From an uncultured Sphingobacteriales bacterium (lineage in GTDB: Bacteria; Bacteroidota; Bacteroidia; Cytophagales; 172606-1): 64,000 nt of DNA. Made by a program: the position numbers and the translations under genes. Below the pieces are notes generated by a model. That model did not search any database and was not told the origin of the DNA. It saw only the letters and a program-made list of their open reading frames with translations. Below, piece after piece: positions 39,322-49,412 of the stretch (its first letter is position 1; each line of letters opens with the position of its first letter). The stretch spans positions 76,017-140,016 of the forward strand of contig CAUQTA010000004.1 in assembly GCA_963520985.1 (NCBI GenBank), given 5' to 3'.

Positions 39322-39359
39322 GAACCGGATTGATTTTATTAGTAAAATCAATCCGGTTC
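39322..39359. repeat. Perfect 17-bp inverted repeat
   Basis: gaaccggattgatttta-ttag-taaaatcaatccggttc. Confidence 0.85.
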
Positions 39360-39567
39360 CTACTTTTCCCTGGCAACGCATGAGCTGGGTTTTGTCCTTC
39401 GAAAAGATACTATTTTTCACCTTCCTTTTGTCCTTTCCCCAACACAACTTACTTCCTTCTAGTGGTTTGGTCCTTTTTATTCATACTATTTTCCCGCAAT
39501 GGAAATGCGATGGCATTTATTTGCCTTCCTAGTCGGGTCGTTAGAGCAGGTTTTGTCTACATTATTT

Positions 39568-39650
39568 TTATTTGGATTTTTTCTAAATAAAAATTGCATA
39601 TGAAAGACTGCTCGTCTACATTTGCGCACATTTAGACTAATTCCAAATAA
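39568..39650 (+). promoter_or_regulatory. Promoter flanked by two 9-5-9 palindromes (putative iron/Fur-type operators)
   Basis: ttatttgga-N5-tctaaataa (39568-39590) and acatttaga-N5-tccaaataa (39628-39650) either side of TTG-N20-TACATTTG (39594-39624). Confidence 0.7.
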
Positions 39651-39661
39651 CAAACCATCAC

Positions 39662-40822
39662 ATGAAGAAATATACAATCGCTCTGAGCATACTCGCTCTC
39701 TCTGTTTTAGCATTGTCTTGCAAGAAAGATGATGAACCTTCGATGACGACGCTTGAAAAAGAGGCACTTCAAAATTATGCGGCTATTGTGTATGCGTCTT
39801 ACGAAGATTCGTACAATACGGCAGTGGCCTTAAAGGGAAAGATAGATGCGTTTGTTGCCAACCCAACGGCTGCCGGACTGGAAGAGTGCAAAACCGCCTG
39901 GAAAGCCGCCCGCGTTCCTTACGGACAAACCGAAGCCTACCGTTTCTACGGCGGACCCATTGACGATGAAAACGGCCCTGAGGGTTTGATCAATTCCTGG
40001 CCGCTGGACGAAAACTACATTGATTACATAGAGGGTGCACCGGATGCTGGTTTGGTGAATAAAACCGATCTGGAACTGACTAAAGAAGTCATTGAAAGCC
40101 TGAATCAGACAGGTGGTGCTAGTGAATCTCAAAGCGAAGTGAATGTGGCCACTGGTTACCATGCCATTGAGTTTTTGCTTTGGGGACAGGATATGAGCAC
40201 AACCGGACCCGGAAATCGCCCTTACACCGATTATGTGACCGGCGGAACTGCCAAAAACCAGTCCCGTCGGGGAACGTATCTGAAACTGGTGGCCGAGTTG
40301 CTGGTAGACGACCTGGCGTATGTGAAAGACCAGTGGAAAGCTGACGCCATCTACCGGACTAACTTCCTGAACCAGATGGATGTAACGACGGCCTTGAAAA
40401 ATGTATTTACCGGATTGGGTGAGTTGAGCAAAGGCGAACTGGCTGGCGAACGGATGCGGGTAGCTGCTGATTCAAAAGATCAGGAAAATGAACATTCCTG
40501 CTTTAGTGACAATACCCATATTGACATTCAGATGAATTTCAAAGGAATTCAGAATGTGTATTTCGGCAAATATACCCGGGCTGACGGAACGGTTGTGGAA
40601 GGGCGGAGTTTTGCGGAGCTGGTTGCAAAAGCCAACAAAACCAAAGCCGATGCCATTACGGCTGCCTTCACTGACTCTGAAACCAAAATCGGTCAGATTC
40701 CCACTCCGTTTGATCAGGCCATTCTCAATAGCACCGACAAAATTGAAGCTGCCGCGGATGCAATCAGTACGTTGAGTGACAAACTTGTGGATGGTGCCTT
40801 TGATTTGGGCGTACGCCTCTGA
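39662..40822 (+). CDS. Imelysin family (M75; IrpA/LruB-like) iron-regulated lipoprotein
   Basis: Lipobox LSC; INSWPLDE, ATGYHAIEFLLWGQD and EHSCFSDNT. Confidence 0.92.
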   Translation: MKKYTIALSILALSVLALSCKKDDEPSMTTLEKEALQNYAAIVYASYEDSYNTAVALKGKIDAFVANPTAAGLEECKTAWKAARVPYGQTEAYRFYGGPIDDENGPEGLINSWPLDENYIDYIEGAPDAGLVNKTDLELTKEVIESLNQTGGASESQSEVNVATGYHAIEFLLWGQDMSTTGPGNRPYTDYVTGGTAKNQSRRGTYLKLVAELLVDDLAYVKDQWKADAIYRTNFLNQMDVTTALKNVFTGLGELSKGELAGERMRVAADSKDQENEHSCFSDNTHIDIQMNFKGIQNVYFGKYTRADGTVVEGRSFAELVAKANKTKADAITAAFTDSETKIGQIPTPFDQAILNSTDKIEAAADAISTLSDKLVDGAFDLGVRL

Positions 40823-40845
40823 TTTACAAATAGTATCCTTGCTGC

Positions 40846-42279
40846 ATGCAAAACCTGCCGTTTATAAAATTCATTTCTTTGCCCACTCTATTGCTAGTGG
40901 GCTCTTTGCTGTTGCAGACGGGCTGCCATCCTAACGAAACAGATATTCAGCGTGCTGCCGCCGAAACGGATGAAGAGCTGGCTGGCGGCCAGTACCTGAC
41001 TTCGTATGACTTTTCGGACAATGCCTTTGGGAAAGAGGCCAAAAACCTCACATTTGACGAAGAACGCAAATTCGTAGTGGGCAATTCGCTGTTTCAGAGC
41101 AACTGGGTAACGGCCCCGTCTTCGGTCACTTCCTTGGACGGCTTGGGCCCGCTCATGAACCAGTCGTCGTGCGGCGGGTGTCATTTCAAGGACGGTCGCG
41201 CCAAACCTCCCGCTTCCGAGACGGCTCCCTTAAACGGGTTGCTTTTTCGGTTGAGTATTCCCGGAGCAGGTCTGCACGGCGAGCCGCTGGACGATCCCAA
41301 TTACGGTGGTCAACTGCAAGACAAATCAGTGTTGAATGCCACACCCGAGGCATTGGTTAAGGTTACCTATCAGAAAATCAGCGGCCAATATGCCGATGGA
41401 ACTGCCTACACCTTGCATAAACCGACGTATCAGATTTACAATGCCAGCTACGGCGATTTTCATGTCGGGTTAATGGTTTCGCCGCGCATTGCACAGCAAA
41501 TTCCCGGACTAGGCTTGCTGGAAGCCGTTTCTGAACAAACCATCCTGGCCTTTGCCGATGAAAATGATAAAAACAAAGATGACATTTCCGGTCGACCTAA
41601 CTACGTTTGGGATGAAGTGAATCAGAAAACGGCGTTAGGGCGTTTTGGCTGGAAAGCCAACGTGGCTACTGTCAGACAGCAGACGGCCGGTGCGTTTCGG
41701 GGCGATATGGGCATTACCAGCTCGGTTTTCGGAACACCGGAGTTTACCACTGCTCAGGAAAAGCAGTACGGAAACCTGCCTACAGGTGGCTCGCCTGAAA
41801 TCACAGACGACCAACTGGATAAAGTGGTATTCTACATTCATACACTAGCTGTTCCTGCCCGGCGCGAGTGGCAACAGGAGGATGTACTGAGAGGAAAATT
41901 ATTGTTTTCACAATTGAATTGCACCGGATGCCACATTCCCAAAATGCAGACCGGAAATACACATCCGGTGAATGTGGTGAACAATCAGACCATCCGCCCG
42001 TACACCGACCTGCTGCTGCACGACATGGGCGAAGGACTGGCTGACAACCGACCTGATTTTCATGCAACTGGCTCCGAATGGCGTACGCCTCCGCTGTGGG
42101 GAATCGGCATGGTGCAAACCGTAAACAAACACACCCGTTTTCTGCACGACGGGCGGGCCGCTAATCTGGAAGAGGCGATTCTATGGCATAGCGGTGAAGC
42201 CGTAAAATCAGCCGAGGGATTCAAAAAGCTGGACAATGCCGACCGGCAAGCCTTACTCAAATTTTTAGAAAGCTTATAA
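40846..42279 (+). CDS. Di-haem oxidoreductase family protein (DUF1111-like)
   Basis: Two CxxCH motifs (CGGCH, CTGCH); DGLGP, GRFGWKA, YTDLLLHDMG, EWRTPPLWG and LHDGRA. Confidence 0.92.
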   Translation: MQNLPFIKFISLPTLLLVGSLLLQTGCHPNETDIQRAAAETDEELAGGQYLTSYDFSDNAFGKEAKNLTFDEERKFVVGNSLFQSNWVTAPSSVTSLDGLGPLMNQSSCGGCHFKDGRAKPPASETAPLNGLLFRLSIPGAGLHGEPLDDPNYGGQLQDKSVLNATPEALVKVTYQKISGQYADGTAYTLHKPTYQIYNASYGDFHVGLMVSPRIAQQIPGLGLLEAVSEQTILAFADENDKNKDDISGRPNYVWDEVNQKTALGRFGWKANVATVRQQTAGAFRGDMGITSSVFGTPEFTTAQEKQYGNLPTGGSPEITDDQLDKVVFYIHTLAVPARREWQQEDVLRGKLLFSQLNCTGCHIPKMQTGNTHPVNVVNNQTIRPYTDLLLHDMGEGLADNRPDFHATGSEWRTPPLWGIGMVQTVNKHTRFLHDGRAANLEEAILWHSGEAVKSAEGFKKLDNADRQALLKFLESL

Positions 42280-42320
42280 TTCACTTTTTTATTTTTTAGT
42301 TACTTAACCTCTGTTAATCC

Positions 42321-43466
42321 ATGAAAAATAGTATCTTTTTTCTAACCAAAACCGGCTTCTGTTTGCTTGTGTCAGCGGCATTGCTTACCGCCTGTGACAA
42401 CAGCGATGACGTAACCAAACAACCCTTGGTGATCCCGACCACCTACGACGGAGCTACTTTTGATGCCAATACCACCAACCAGAAAGCCGTAACCGCGCAG
42501 TTGAAAAGCATTACCGACGAAGCTAAAAAAGGCCGGGTAAATGGGACGACTGTTTCCGGAACTACCTTAACCAATCTGTTTACAACCGGAAATCCCAGTC
42601 TGAAAAGCGTTTCTACCACTTACTATGCCGGAAAGCTGGAAGGCGATGCAGGCTGGTTGGCTGAACTGGCAAAAGCCAGCGGCGGCAGTTACACTCCCGG
42701 AACACCAACCGGCGAAGGCGGCACTTTTGGCGGCTATCTGTTTGACGAAAACGGACTGGAAATGGAGCAACTGATCGAGAAAGGTCAGTTTGGAGCCGTC
42801 TTGTACAAACATGCCACCGAGTTGCTGTCGGGCACCCGCACACCCGCCACCGTTGATCAGGTAATGGCCATCATGGGCACTAATCCTACCTTTCCAAGCA
42901 GCAACGATGCCACCAAACACGACAAACCGGATGCATTTGCGGCCGTTTATGCAGCCCGCCGGGACAAAAACGATGGAAACGGATATTACAGTCAGTTGAA
43001 AAACAACTTCATCAAATTACAAGCCACCATCAAAGCCGGCGATGATTACAAACAAGAGCAGGACGAAGCCATTGCTGCCATCAAATTGACCTGGGAAAAA
43101 GTGAATGCCGCCACCGTGATTAACTATTGCCACGCGGTAACCACAACCATGAGCAAGACCAGCCCAACCGATGCCGAAAAAGCCAGTGCCTTGCACGCCT
43201 ACGGTGAATGTGTGGGATTCATTCACGGCTGGCGCACCATCGCTCAGGACCAGAAGAAGATTACCGACGCACAGATTGATGAAATCTTGACGCTGCTCAA
43301 TGCCCCTGCTACGGGTACGCCTACGTCTTATAAATTCATCACCGATCCGGTAACGGAGCTTCCGAAATTAACGCAGGTAATAGACAAGTTAAAAACCATC
43401 TACGGTTTTACAGATTCTGAAATAGAAGACTTTAGAAAAAACTGGGTCACTGAACAAGCCCGTTAA
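42321..43466 (+). CDS. DUF4856-like lipoprotein
   Basis: Lipobox LTAC; ENGLEMEQLIEKG and ALHAYGECVGFI; usual partner of imelysins in Bacteroidota. Confidence 0.7.
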   Translation: MKNSIFFLTKTGFCLLVSAALLTACDNSDDVTKQPLVIPTTYDGATFDANTTNQKAVTAQLKSITDEAKKGRVNGTTVSGTTLTNLFTTGNPSLKSVSTTYYAGKLEGDAGWLAELAKASGGSYTPGTPTGEGGTFGGYLFDENGLEMEQLIEKGQFGAVLYKHATELLSGTRTPATVDQVMAIMGTNPTFPSSNDATKHDKPDAFAAVYAARRDKNDGNGYYSQLKNNFIKLQATIKAGDDYKQEQDEAIAAIKLTWEKVNAATVINYCHAVTTTMSKTSPTDAEKASALHAYGECVGFIHGWRTIAQDQKKITDAQIDEILTLLNAPATGTPTSYKFITDPVTELPKLTQVIDKLKTIYGFTDSEIEDFRKNWVTEQAR

Positions 43467-43536
43467 CAAACCAACAGACGTCCCTCTGCATACGGAGGGA
43501 CTTTTGCCTTTTTTATCCTACTATTTTACATTTCCT

Positions 43537-44652
43537 ATGAAAATGAAAACAATAGTTAGTGCAACTCTAATCGTACTTTTAGGCACTCTATGCTTTACAG
43601 CCTGCGATCCGTCAAGTGAGCCCACCAATGACTCGTTTGACCGGAAAGCCATGCTGCAAAATTATGCCAACAACCTGATCAAGCCTTCTTTTGTTGAGCT
43701 GCAAAGCAAAGTGAATGCGCTGCAAACCGCAACGGGCACATTTGGCACTACCGTGAATGAGCAAAACCTAGCGGCCTTGCAAACCGCATGGAAAGACGCC
43801 TACACCGCGTTTCAATACGCCAACGCCTTTAATCTGGGTCCGGCGGGTGAGGCAGGTACCCGTAAAAAGCTGGTAGAAGAAGCTGGCACTTTTCCAGTGA
43901 GTACCACCAAAATTGAAAACAAGATAGCCGCCAATACAACCAATTTGAACGATTTTGATCGGGATGCCCGGGGTTTTCTGGCTGTGGAGTACCTGATCTT
44001 CAATCGGCAAAACGACAATGCCGCCATCGTTACGCAGTTTGCCAATGCTGCCCGCCGCAATTACCTGGCCGCCCTGACTGCCAAACTAAAGGAGCAGGTT
44101 GATGCGGTGGTTACGGCCTGGAACGACGCCTATACCACCGATTTTTTGAACAACAACGGCACCTCCGCAGGGAGCAGCACCTCGCAACTCTACAACGAAT
44201 TTGTGGCTAGCTTTGAAGCCATCAAAAACCTTAAACTAGGCTTGCCCCTGGGCAAAAGGGCACCGCAAACCGAAGCGGCTCCACAACTAGTAGAAGCCTA
44301 TTACAGCGGGCAGTCGCTGCCGATGCTGACTGCTCACCTGACGGCCATTGAAAACATCTGGTACGGCAAAAGCACACTGAACGGACAGGATGGCATCGGG
44401 TTTAAGGAATATCTGCAAAGCGTAGAAGGCGGCTCGGCGCTGATTGCCAGCACCGAAACCCAACTGGCGGCCATTCACACGGCTCTACAGGCCATTCCTA
44501 CGGCCACCCCTTTATCAGTACAGATTGTGAACAGTCCGGTTCCGGTGGAGAATTTTTACAACGAGCTTCAGAAAAACGTCCGTTATTTTAAAAGCGATAT
44601 GTCTTCGCTTCTGGGCATTGCCATCACATTCAGCAGCGGCGATGGCGATTAA
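43537..44652 (+). CDS. Imelysin family lipoprotein (second paralogue)
   Basis: Lipobox FTAC; RGFLAVEYLIF, KLGLPLG and C-terminal ITFSSGDGD. Confidence 0.88.
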   Translation: MKMKTIVSATLIVLLGTLCFTACDPSSEPTNDSFDRKAMLQNYANNLIKPSFVELQSKVNALQTATGTFGTTVNEQNLAALQTAWKDAYTAFQYANAFNLGPAGEAGTRKKLVEEAGTFPVSTTKIENKIAANTTNLNDFDRDARGFLAVEYLIFNRQNDNAAIVTQFANAARRNYLAALTAKLKEQVDAVVTAWNDAYTTDFLNNNGTSAGSSTSQLYNEFVASFEAIKNLKLGLPLGKRAPQTEAAPQLVEAYYSGQSLPMLTAHLTAIENIWYGKSTLNGQDGIGFKEYLQSVEGGSALIASTETQLAAIHTALQAIPTATPLSVQIVNSPVPVENFYNELQKNVRYFKSDMSSLLGIAITFSSGDGD

Positions 44653-44713
44653 ACGATTGTATCACTATTTTTCAACTTGAATTACTTCACTCAATCACTT
44701 AACTGCATTCCTT

Positions 44714-45370
44714 ATGAAAAAAACGTTTGTATTTTGGTCGCTTGCCTTTGGCGTCTGGTTTGTATTGAACGGCTGTGGGGGAGACGAAAAGAAAACCGTG
44801 CAAGCCGATGAAGCTCAGGCCATTGATTCGTCGGTCACTGTAGCGGCCAGCGAATATCCGATAGACACGGCGGCTAGCCTCGTGAACTGGGAAGGCACCG
44901 AAGGGCTGGCCCGGATTACGACCACGCACACGGGTTCGTTCCGGATTCAGAGCGGTAGCTTATCGGTAAAAGATTCACAACTGGTAGCAGGCAAAGTGGT
45001 GATTGACATCAACAGCCTGAAAAATGCCGACCTGACGAATCCCAAGAAAAACGCTGATCTGGTGAATCACCTGAAAAGCGGCGATTTTTTTGATGCAGGC
45101 AAATTCCCAACCGCTACTTTTGAACTGGTATCGGCTAATAAACTGCCAAGTGACAGCGTCACCGTTACCGGCAACCTGACGCTCAAAGGCGTAACCAAAA
45201 GCGTTACCTTTCCGGCCAAAGTTTTCATGGAGCCAACCGGCATATCGGCGCATGCCAAGTTTTACATCAACCGAAAAGACTGGGGCATGAACTGGCATTC
45301 CGAAGAATCGCTGGGCGATGAATTGATTCGCCCGGAAGTCGGAATTGAATTTAAAATTGCCGCGAAATAA
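44714..45370 (+). CDS. YceI family (polyisoprenoid-binding) lipoprotein
   Basis: Lipobox LNGC; HLKSGDFFDAGKFPTATF, GNLTLKGVTK and INRKDWG. Confidence 0.9.
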   Translation: MKKTFVFWSLAFGVWFVLNGCGGDEKKTVQADEAQAIDSSVTVAASEYPIDTAASLVNWEGTEGLARITTTHTGSFRIQSGSLSVKDSQLVAGKVVIDINSLKNADLTNPKKNADLVNHLKSGDFFDAGKFPTATFELVSANKLPSDSVTVTGNLTLKGVTKSVTFPAKVFMEPTGISAHAKFYINRKDWGMNWHSEESLGDELIRPEVGIEFKIAAK

Positions 45371-45450
45371 AGAACAGTTGCCCCCTCTGTGTGAGGGGTT
45401 TTTCATTTTCGCAGGATACTATTTTACAGCGGCACAATGAAAATGCAGGT

Positions 45451-46827
45451 ATGTTGACAAAACCCTTTCCAACCCAAGAAACCAAGGTTGATTTCCGTTG
45501 GCTGCAAGCGTTGATCCGGCCCGTGTCGGCGGCTCCGTTTGTTACCTTTCGGATTGTGTTTGGCGCATTAATGGCCTTCAGTGCTTTGCGCTTTATGGCT
45601 TTGGGATGGATTGAAGACCACTATGTGCAGCCGTTGTTCCATTTCAAGTACTACGGCTTTGAATGGGTGCCCGTGCTTCCGGCAGTTTGGCTGTATGTGA
45701 TTCATGGTATAATGGTAATCAGTGCCTTGTGTGTAATGGTGGGTTTTGGGTATCGGCTGGCTACTATTTGTCTATTTTTGTGCTTTACCTATACGGAACT
45801 CCTCGACCTGACCTATTACCTCAATCACTACTATTTTGTCAGCCTGGTTTGTCTGCTGTTGGTGCTCATGCCGCAACCTTCCCGGCTTTCTGCATCGGGC
45901 GAGGCGGTGATTCCGGCCTGGGTGATTAGCGTCATCAAACTGCAATTGGCCATTGTGTACACCTACGCCGGACTGGCGAAAATTAATCACGACTGGCTGA
46001 TCGGAGGGCTGCCCTTGAAAATATGGCTGCCCGCCAACGATGCTTGGCCTTTGATCGGCGGGGTATTTCGCTGGAAACCACTGCCTTATTTGTTTGCCTG
46101 GCTGGGAATGCTCTACGACTGTACCATTGTATTCTGGTTGTCTTGGCGCAAAACTCGGTGGCTTGCCTATGCTTCGGTGGTGTTTTTCCATGTCATTACC
46201 GGATTGATGTTTCAGATCGGCGTGTTTCCGCTGGTGATGATCGGTGCAACGCTGATCTTTTTCTCTGAAGAATGGCATAAGAAAGCTGCCAATTTTTTTG
46301 CAATGTTGGTCGGTAAAGCAGGGAAGAGTAACAGAAAAATAGTATCTGCCAGCGAGGCGAAACCCCTCTCTCTAGCTTGGCAAAAAAGCACTCTGGCATT
46401 TTTGGCCATATTTTTTCTGTTTCAGCTTTTGTTTCCGTGGCGGTATTTGCTTTATCCGGGCAATTTGTTCTGGACCGAAGAAGGCTACCGGTATTCGTGG
46501 CGGGTGATGCTGATGGAAAAAGCCGGAACCGCTACGTTTTACGTGAGCGATGCCCGTTCAAAGCGGGAATGGGAAGTGGTCAATACCGAATTTCTCAACG
46601 CGCACCAGGAAAAGCAAATGGCCATGCAACCCGACATGATTTTGCAGTACGCCCATTTTCTGGCAAGCGAATACGCCAAACGTGGCGTGCACAAACCCAA
46701 AGTCAGAGCCGAAGTGTATGTGACGCTTAATGCCCGCCCCAGCCGATTATTAATTAGGCCTGACGTAGATTTGGCGCAGATAGAGGACGGTTGGGAACCG
46801 AAAACCTGGATATTGCCAGACCAGTAG
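45451..46827 (+). CDS. HTTM-domain protein, vitamin K-dependent gamma-carboxylase-like
   Basis: FRIVFG, FHFKYYGFEWV, YLNHYY, YAGLAKINHDWL, EEGYRYSWRVMLMEK and QPDMILQYAH. Confidence 0.88.
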   Translation: MLTKPFPTQETKVDFRWLQALIRPVSAAPFVTFRIVFGALMAFSALRFMALGWIEDHYVQPLFHFKYYGFEWVPVLPAVWLYVIHGIMVISALCVMVGFGYRLATICLFLCFTYTELLDLTYYLNHYYFVSLVCLLLVLMPQPSRLSASGEAVIPAWVISVIKLQLAIVYTYAGLAKINHDWLIGGLPLKIWLPANDAWPLIGGVFRWKPLPYLFAWLGMLYDCTIVFWLSWRKTRWLAYASVVFFHVITGLMFQIGVFPLVMIGATLIFFSEEWHKKAANFFAMLVGKAGKSNRKIVSASEAKPLSLAWQKSTLAFLAIFFLFQLLFPWRYLLYPGNLFWTEEGYRYSWRVMLMEKAGTATFYVSDARSKREWEVVNTEFLNAHQEKQMAMQPDMILQYAHFLASEYAKRGVHKPKVRAEVYVTLNARPSRLLIRPDVDLAQIEDGWEPKTWILPDQ

Positions 46828-46907
46828 AATTCCCATTTAGGTAAGCAACGTTTTTTATCTTTTTCTCTTGTATTACTTTTGTCGCTTCGATTATATAAAC
46901 CACTTCT

Positions 46908-49358
46908 ATGTTTTCTCGTTGGATCTGTGTGTTCTTAGGCTTATTGTTTGGTTCGGTTGCCTATGCGCAAAAAGGCAACGTAACGGGTATTGTTCAAACT
47001 GTTGATAATAAGCCTGTTCCTGAAGCCATTGTAACCCTGAAAGGTACCGCATTTCATACCAAAACTGACCCCAAAGGCAACTATAACCTCACCCATATTC
47101 CTTACGGAACTTATACATTGATTGCCTTCGCTTATGGCAAAGAACTGATTGAAAAATCCATTACCCTTGAAGCTGAAAATCTGCAAATCGACTTCCTGCT
47201 CCAGCCACTGAGCAAAGACCTGGACGAAGTAGTCGTGCAAGCCGAACGGGAAAAAACCTTCGGGATTACACGGATGAAAGCGGTGGAAAATTTTGCCATT
47301 TACGAAGGCAAAAAGACCGAAGTCGTGGTGCTCAAAGATGTGACGGCTAATCTGGCGACCAACAACCCCCGGCAGGTTTTTGCCAAAGTGCCCAGCCTCA
47401 ATATATGGGAAAACGACCGGGCCGGGTTGCAACTGAGCATCGGAGCCCGGGGCCTGAATCCCAACCGAACAGCCAATTTCAATACCCGGCAGAACGGCTA
47501 TGACATTGCCGCTGAGTCGATTGGTTATCCGGAGAGTTACTACACCCCACCCATGGAAGCCTTGGAGCGGATAGAAGTAGTCCGTGGGGCAGCTTCGTTG
47601 CAGTACGGTCCGCAATTTGGGGGAATGGTCAATTTTGTGATGCGCAAACCTTCCGAAAAGCGTCTTTCCCTGGTGTCGCGGCAAACGGCAGGTTCGTGGC
47701 GGTTTTTCAATTCCTTCAATAGCCTGTCAGGCACGTTGGGCAAAGTAGGGTATTACGGCTTCTATCAATACAAAACCGGAAATGGCTGGCGTCCGAACGC
47801 CGACTTTGACCAACATACGGCTTATCTGTCGCTACCCATTCAGGTGTCACCTAAATTGAAATTAACGCCCGAATACACCTATATGAATTACCTGGCCCAT
47901 CAGCCGGGGGGATTGAGAGATATCGACTTTGAGCAGAATCCCCGTCAGTCAATTCGTCTGCGCAATTGGTTCAAAGTAAACTGGAATTTGCTAGCCCTCA
48001 ATGCCGAATACAATTTGTCGGCCCGCACCCAGCTGAATTGGCGAAATTACCTGAACCTGTCGGGTCGGGAGTCTGTGGGCAACTTGGAAAGGATTAATGT
48101 CTATGAAAATCCTGCTAAAAACCGTACCCTTATCCGGGACAAATTCCAGAACCTGGGTTCCGAATTGCGACTTTTGCATCACTACTCGATGGGTCAGCAG
48201 GAAAATCACCTGCTGACAGGTATTCGCTATTACCGAAGCTATAATCTCAAGCAACAGGGTGATGCCAATGCTGCCTCTACGCCCGATTTTTACTACCTGA
48301 ACCCGGAAAACCTGGAAAATTCGGATTACGACTTTTACAATACTAATGTGGCGGCTTTTGCCGAAAATATTTTTAACCTCACTTCCCAACTAAGCGTTAC
48401 ACCGGGCATTCGGTGGGAGTACATCCGCACCAATTACCAGGGCTATTACAAGCAACAGGCATTTGACGGAGCCGGTAATCTGATAGCGGAGAAACGTGTG
48501 GATGAGGAGAAGGAATTGCCCCGCAGCTTTGTATTGGCCGGCTTGGGATTGAGTTACAAAAAAAGCTCGCATACCGAATTCTATGCCAATATTTCGCAAA
48601 ACTACCGTGCCGTTACTTTCTCAGATGTACGAATTAATAACCCCAGCCTAAAAATTGACCCTAACCTGAAGGACGAACGGGGTTTCAATATGGATCTTGG
48701 TGTGCGGGGCGATCACGAAAACTGGTTTAATTACGATGTGAGTCTGTTCTGGATGCGATACAACAACCGCATTGATCTGGTGCCTCGTTATGACAGCGTG
48801 ATTTTTAACGAACGTCGCTACCGTACCAACATCGGTATGTCGCGCCATGTAGGCATAGAGGCTTTTGCCGAAATCAATCTCTGGCAACTGGTTGATAAAG
48901 ACAATACTACCAAACAACTTTCGCTATTCGGAGCTTTTACCTTATCCGATGCCCGCTATGTCTCGATCAACGAATCCGTTCGGCGCGAAATCAGTGCTGA
49001 GGTAAAAGAAGGGAATGTAGTGCCGTTTGCCCCTCATTTTATCGGCCGCGGGGGCATTACCACACAACTGAAACAGTGGAAAGCCTCGCTGCAAACTTCG
49101 TACACCAGCCTGCAATATTCCGATGCCCGAAACACTCCCAGTCGCCGCGAATCGACGGCTACCCTGGGGCCTATTTACAGCTATTATGTCATGGATTTCT
49201 CGGTTTCGTACCGTCTGCGGTTTCTGACTTTCGAAGGCAGCATCAACAACCTGACCAACCACATGTATTTTACCCGCCGTGCCGACAGCTATCCGGGACC
49301 GGGCATCATTCCTGCCGATGGCCGGGCCTTTTATCTGGCCGTACAGATGAGACTGTAG
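46908..49358 (+). CDS. FecA-like TonB-dependent receptor
   Basis: ERIEVVRGAASLQYGPQFGGMVNF plug motif; NNLTNHMYFTRRA...YPGPGIIP C-terminus. Confidence 0.92.
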   Translation: MFSRWICVFLGLLFGSVAYAQKGNVTGIVQTVDNKPVPEAIVTLKGTAFHTKTDPKGNYNLTHIPYGTYTLIAFAYGKELIEKSITLEAENLQIDFLLQPLSKDLDEVVVQAEREKTFGITRMKAVENFAIYEGKKTEVVVLKDVTANLATNNPRQVFAKVPSLNIWENDRAGLQLSIGARGLNPNRTANFNTRQNGYDIAAESIGYPESYYTPPMEALERIEVVRGAASLQYGPQFGGMVNFVMRKPSEKRLSLVSRQTAGSWRFFNSFNSLSGTLGKVGYYGFYQYKTGNGWRPNADFDQHTAYLSLPIQVSPKLKLTPEYTYMNYLAHQPGGLRDIDFEQNPRQSIRLRNWFKVNWNLLALNAEYNLSARTQLNWRNYLNLSGRESVGNLERINVYENPAKNRTLIRDKFQNLGSELRLLHHYSMGQQENHLLTGIRYYRSYNLKQQGDANAASTPDFYYLNPENLENSDYDFYNTNVAAFAENIFNLTSQLSVTPGIRWEYIRTNYQGYYKQQAFDGAGNLIAEKRVDEEKELPRSFVLAGLGLSYKKSSHTEFYANISQNYRAVTFSDVRINNPSLKIDPNLKDERGFNMDLGVRGDHENWFNYDVSLFWMRYNNRIDLVPRYDSVIFNERRYRTNIGMSRHVGIEAFAEINLWQLVDKDNTTKQLSLFGAFTLSDARYVSINESVRREISAEVKEGNVVPFAPHFIGRGGITTQLKQWKASLQTSYTSLQYSDARNTPSRRESTATLGPIYSYYVMDFSVSYRLRFLTFEGSINNLTNHMYFTRRADSYPGPGIIPADGRAFYLAVQMRL

Positions 49359-49412
49359 ATGGATGGGATGCTTGTCAGTCTTTTTTGATAGAAATTTCTA
49401 CGAAAGGATAGC

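Noticed and set aside
44643..44670. Possible motif copy (cactattt), and similar half-sites near 2660 and 19850
   Set aside because: No GGTTTT/AAAACC half at the 14-bp spacing, so not counted
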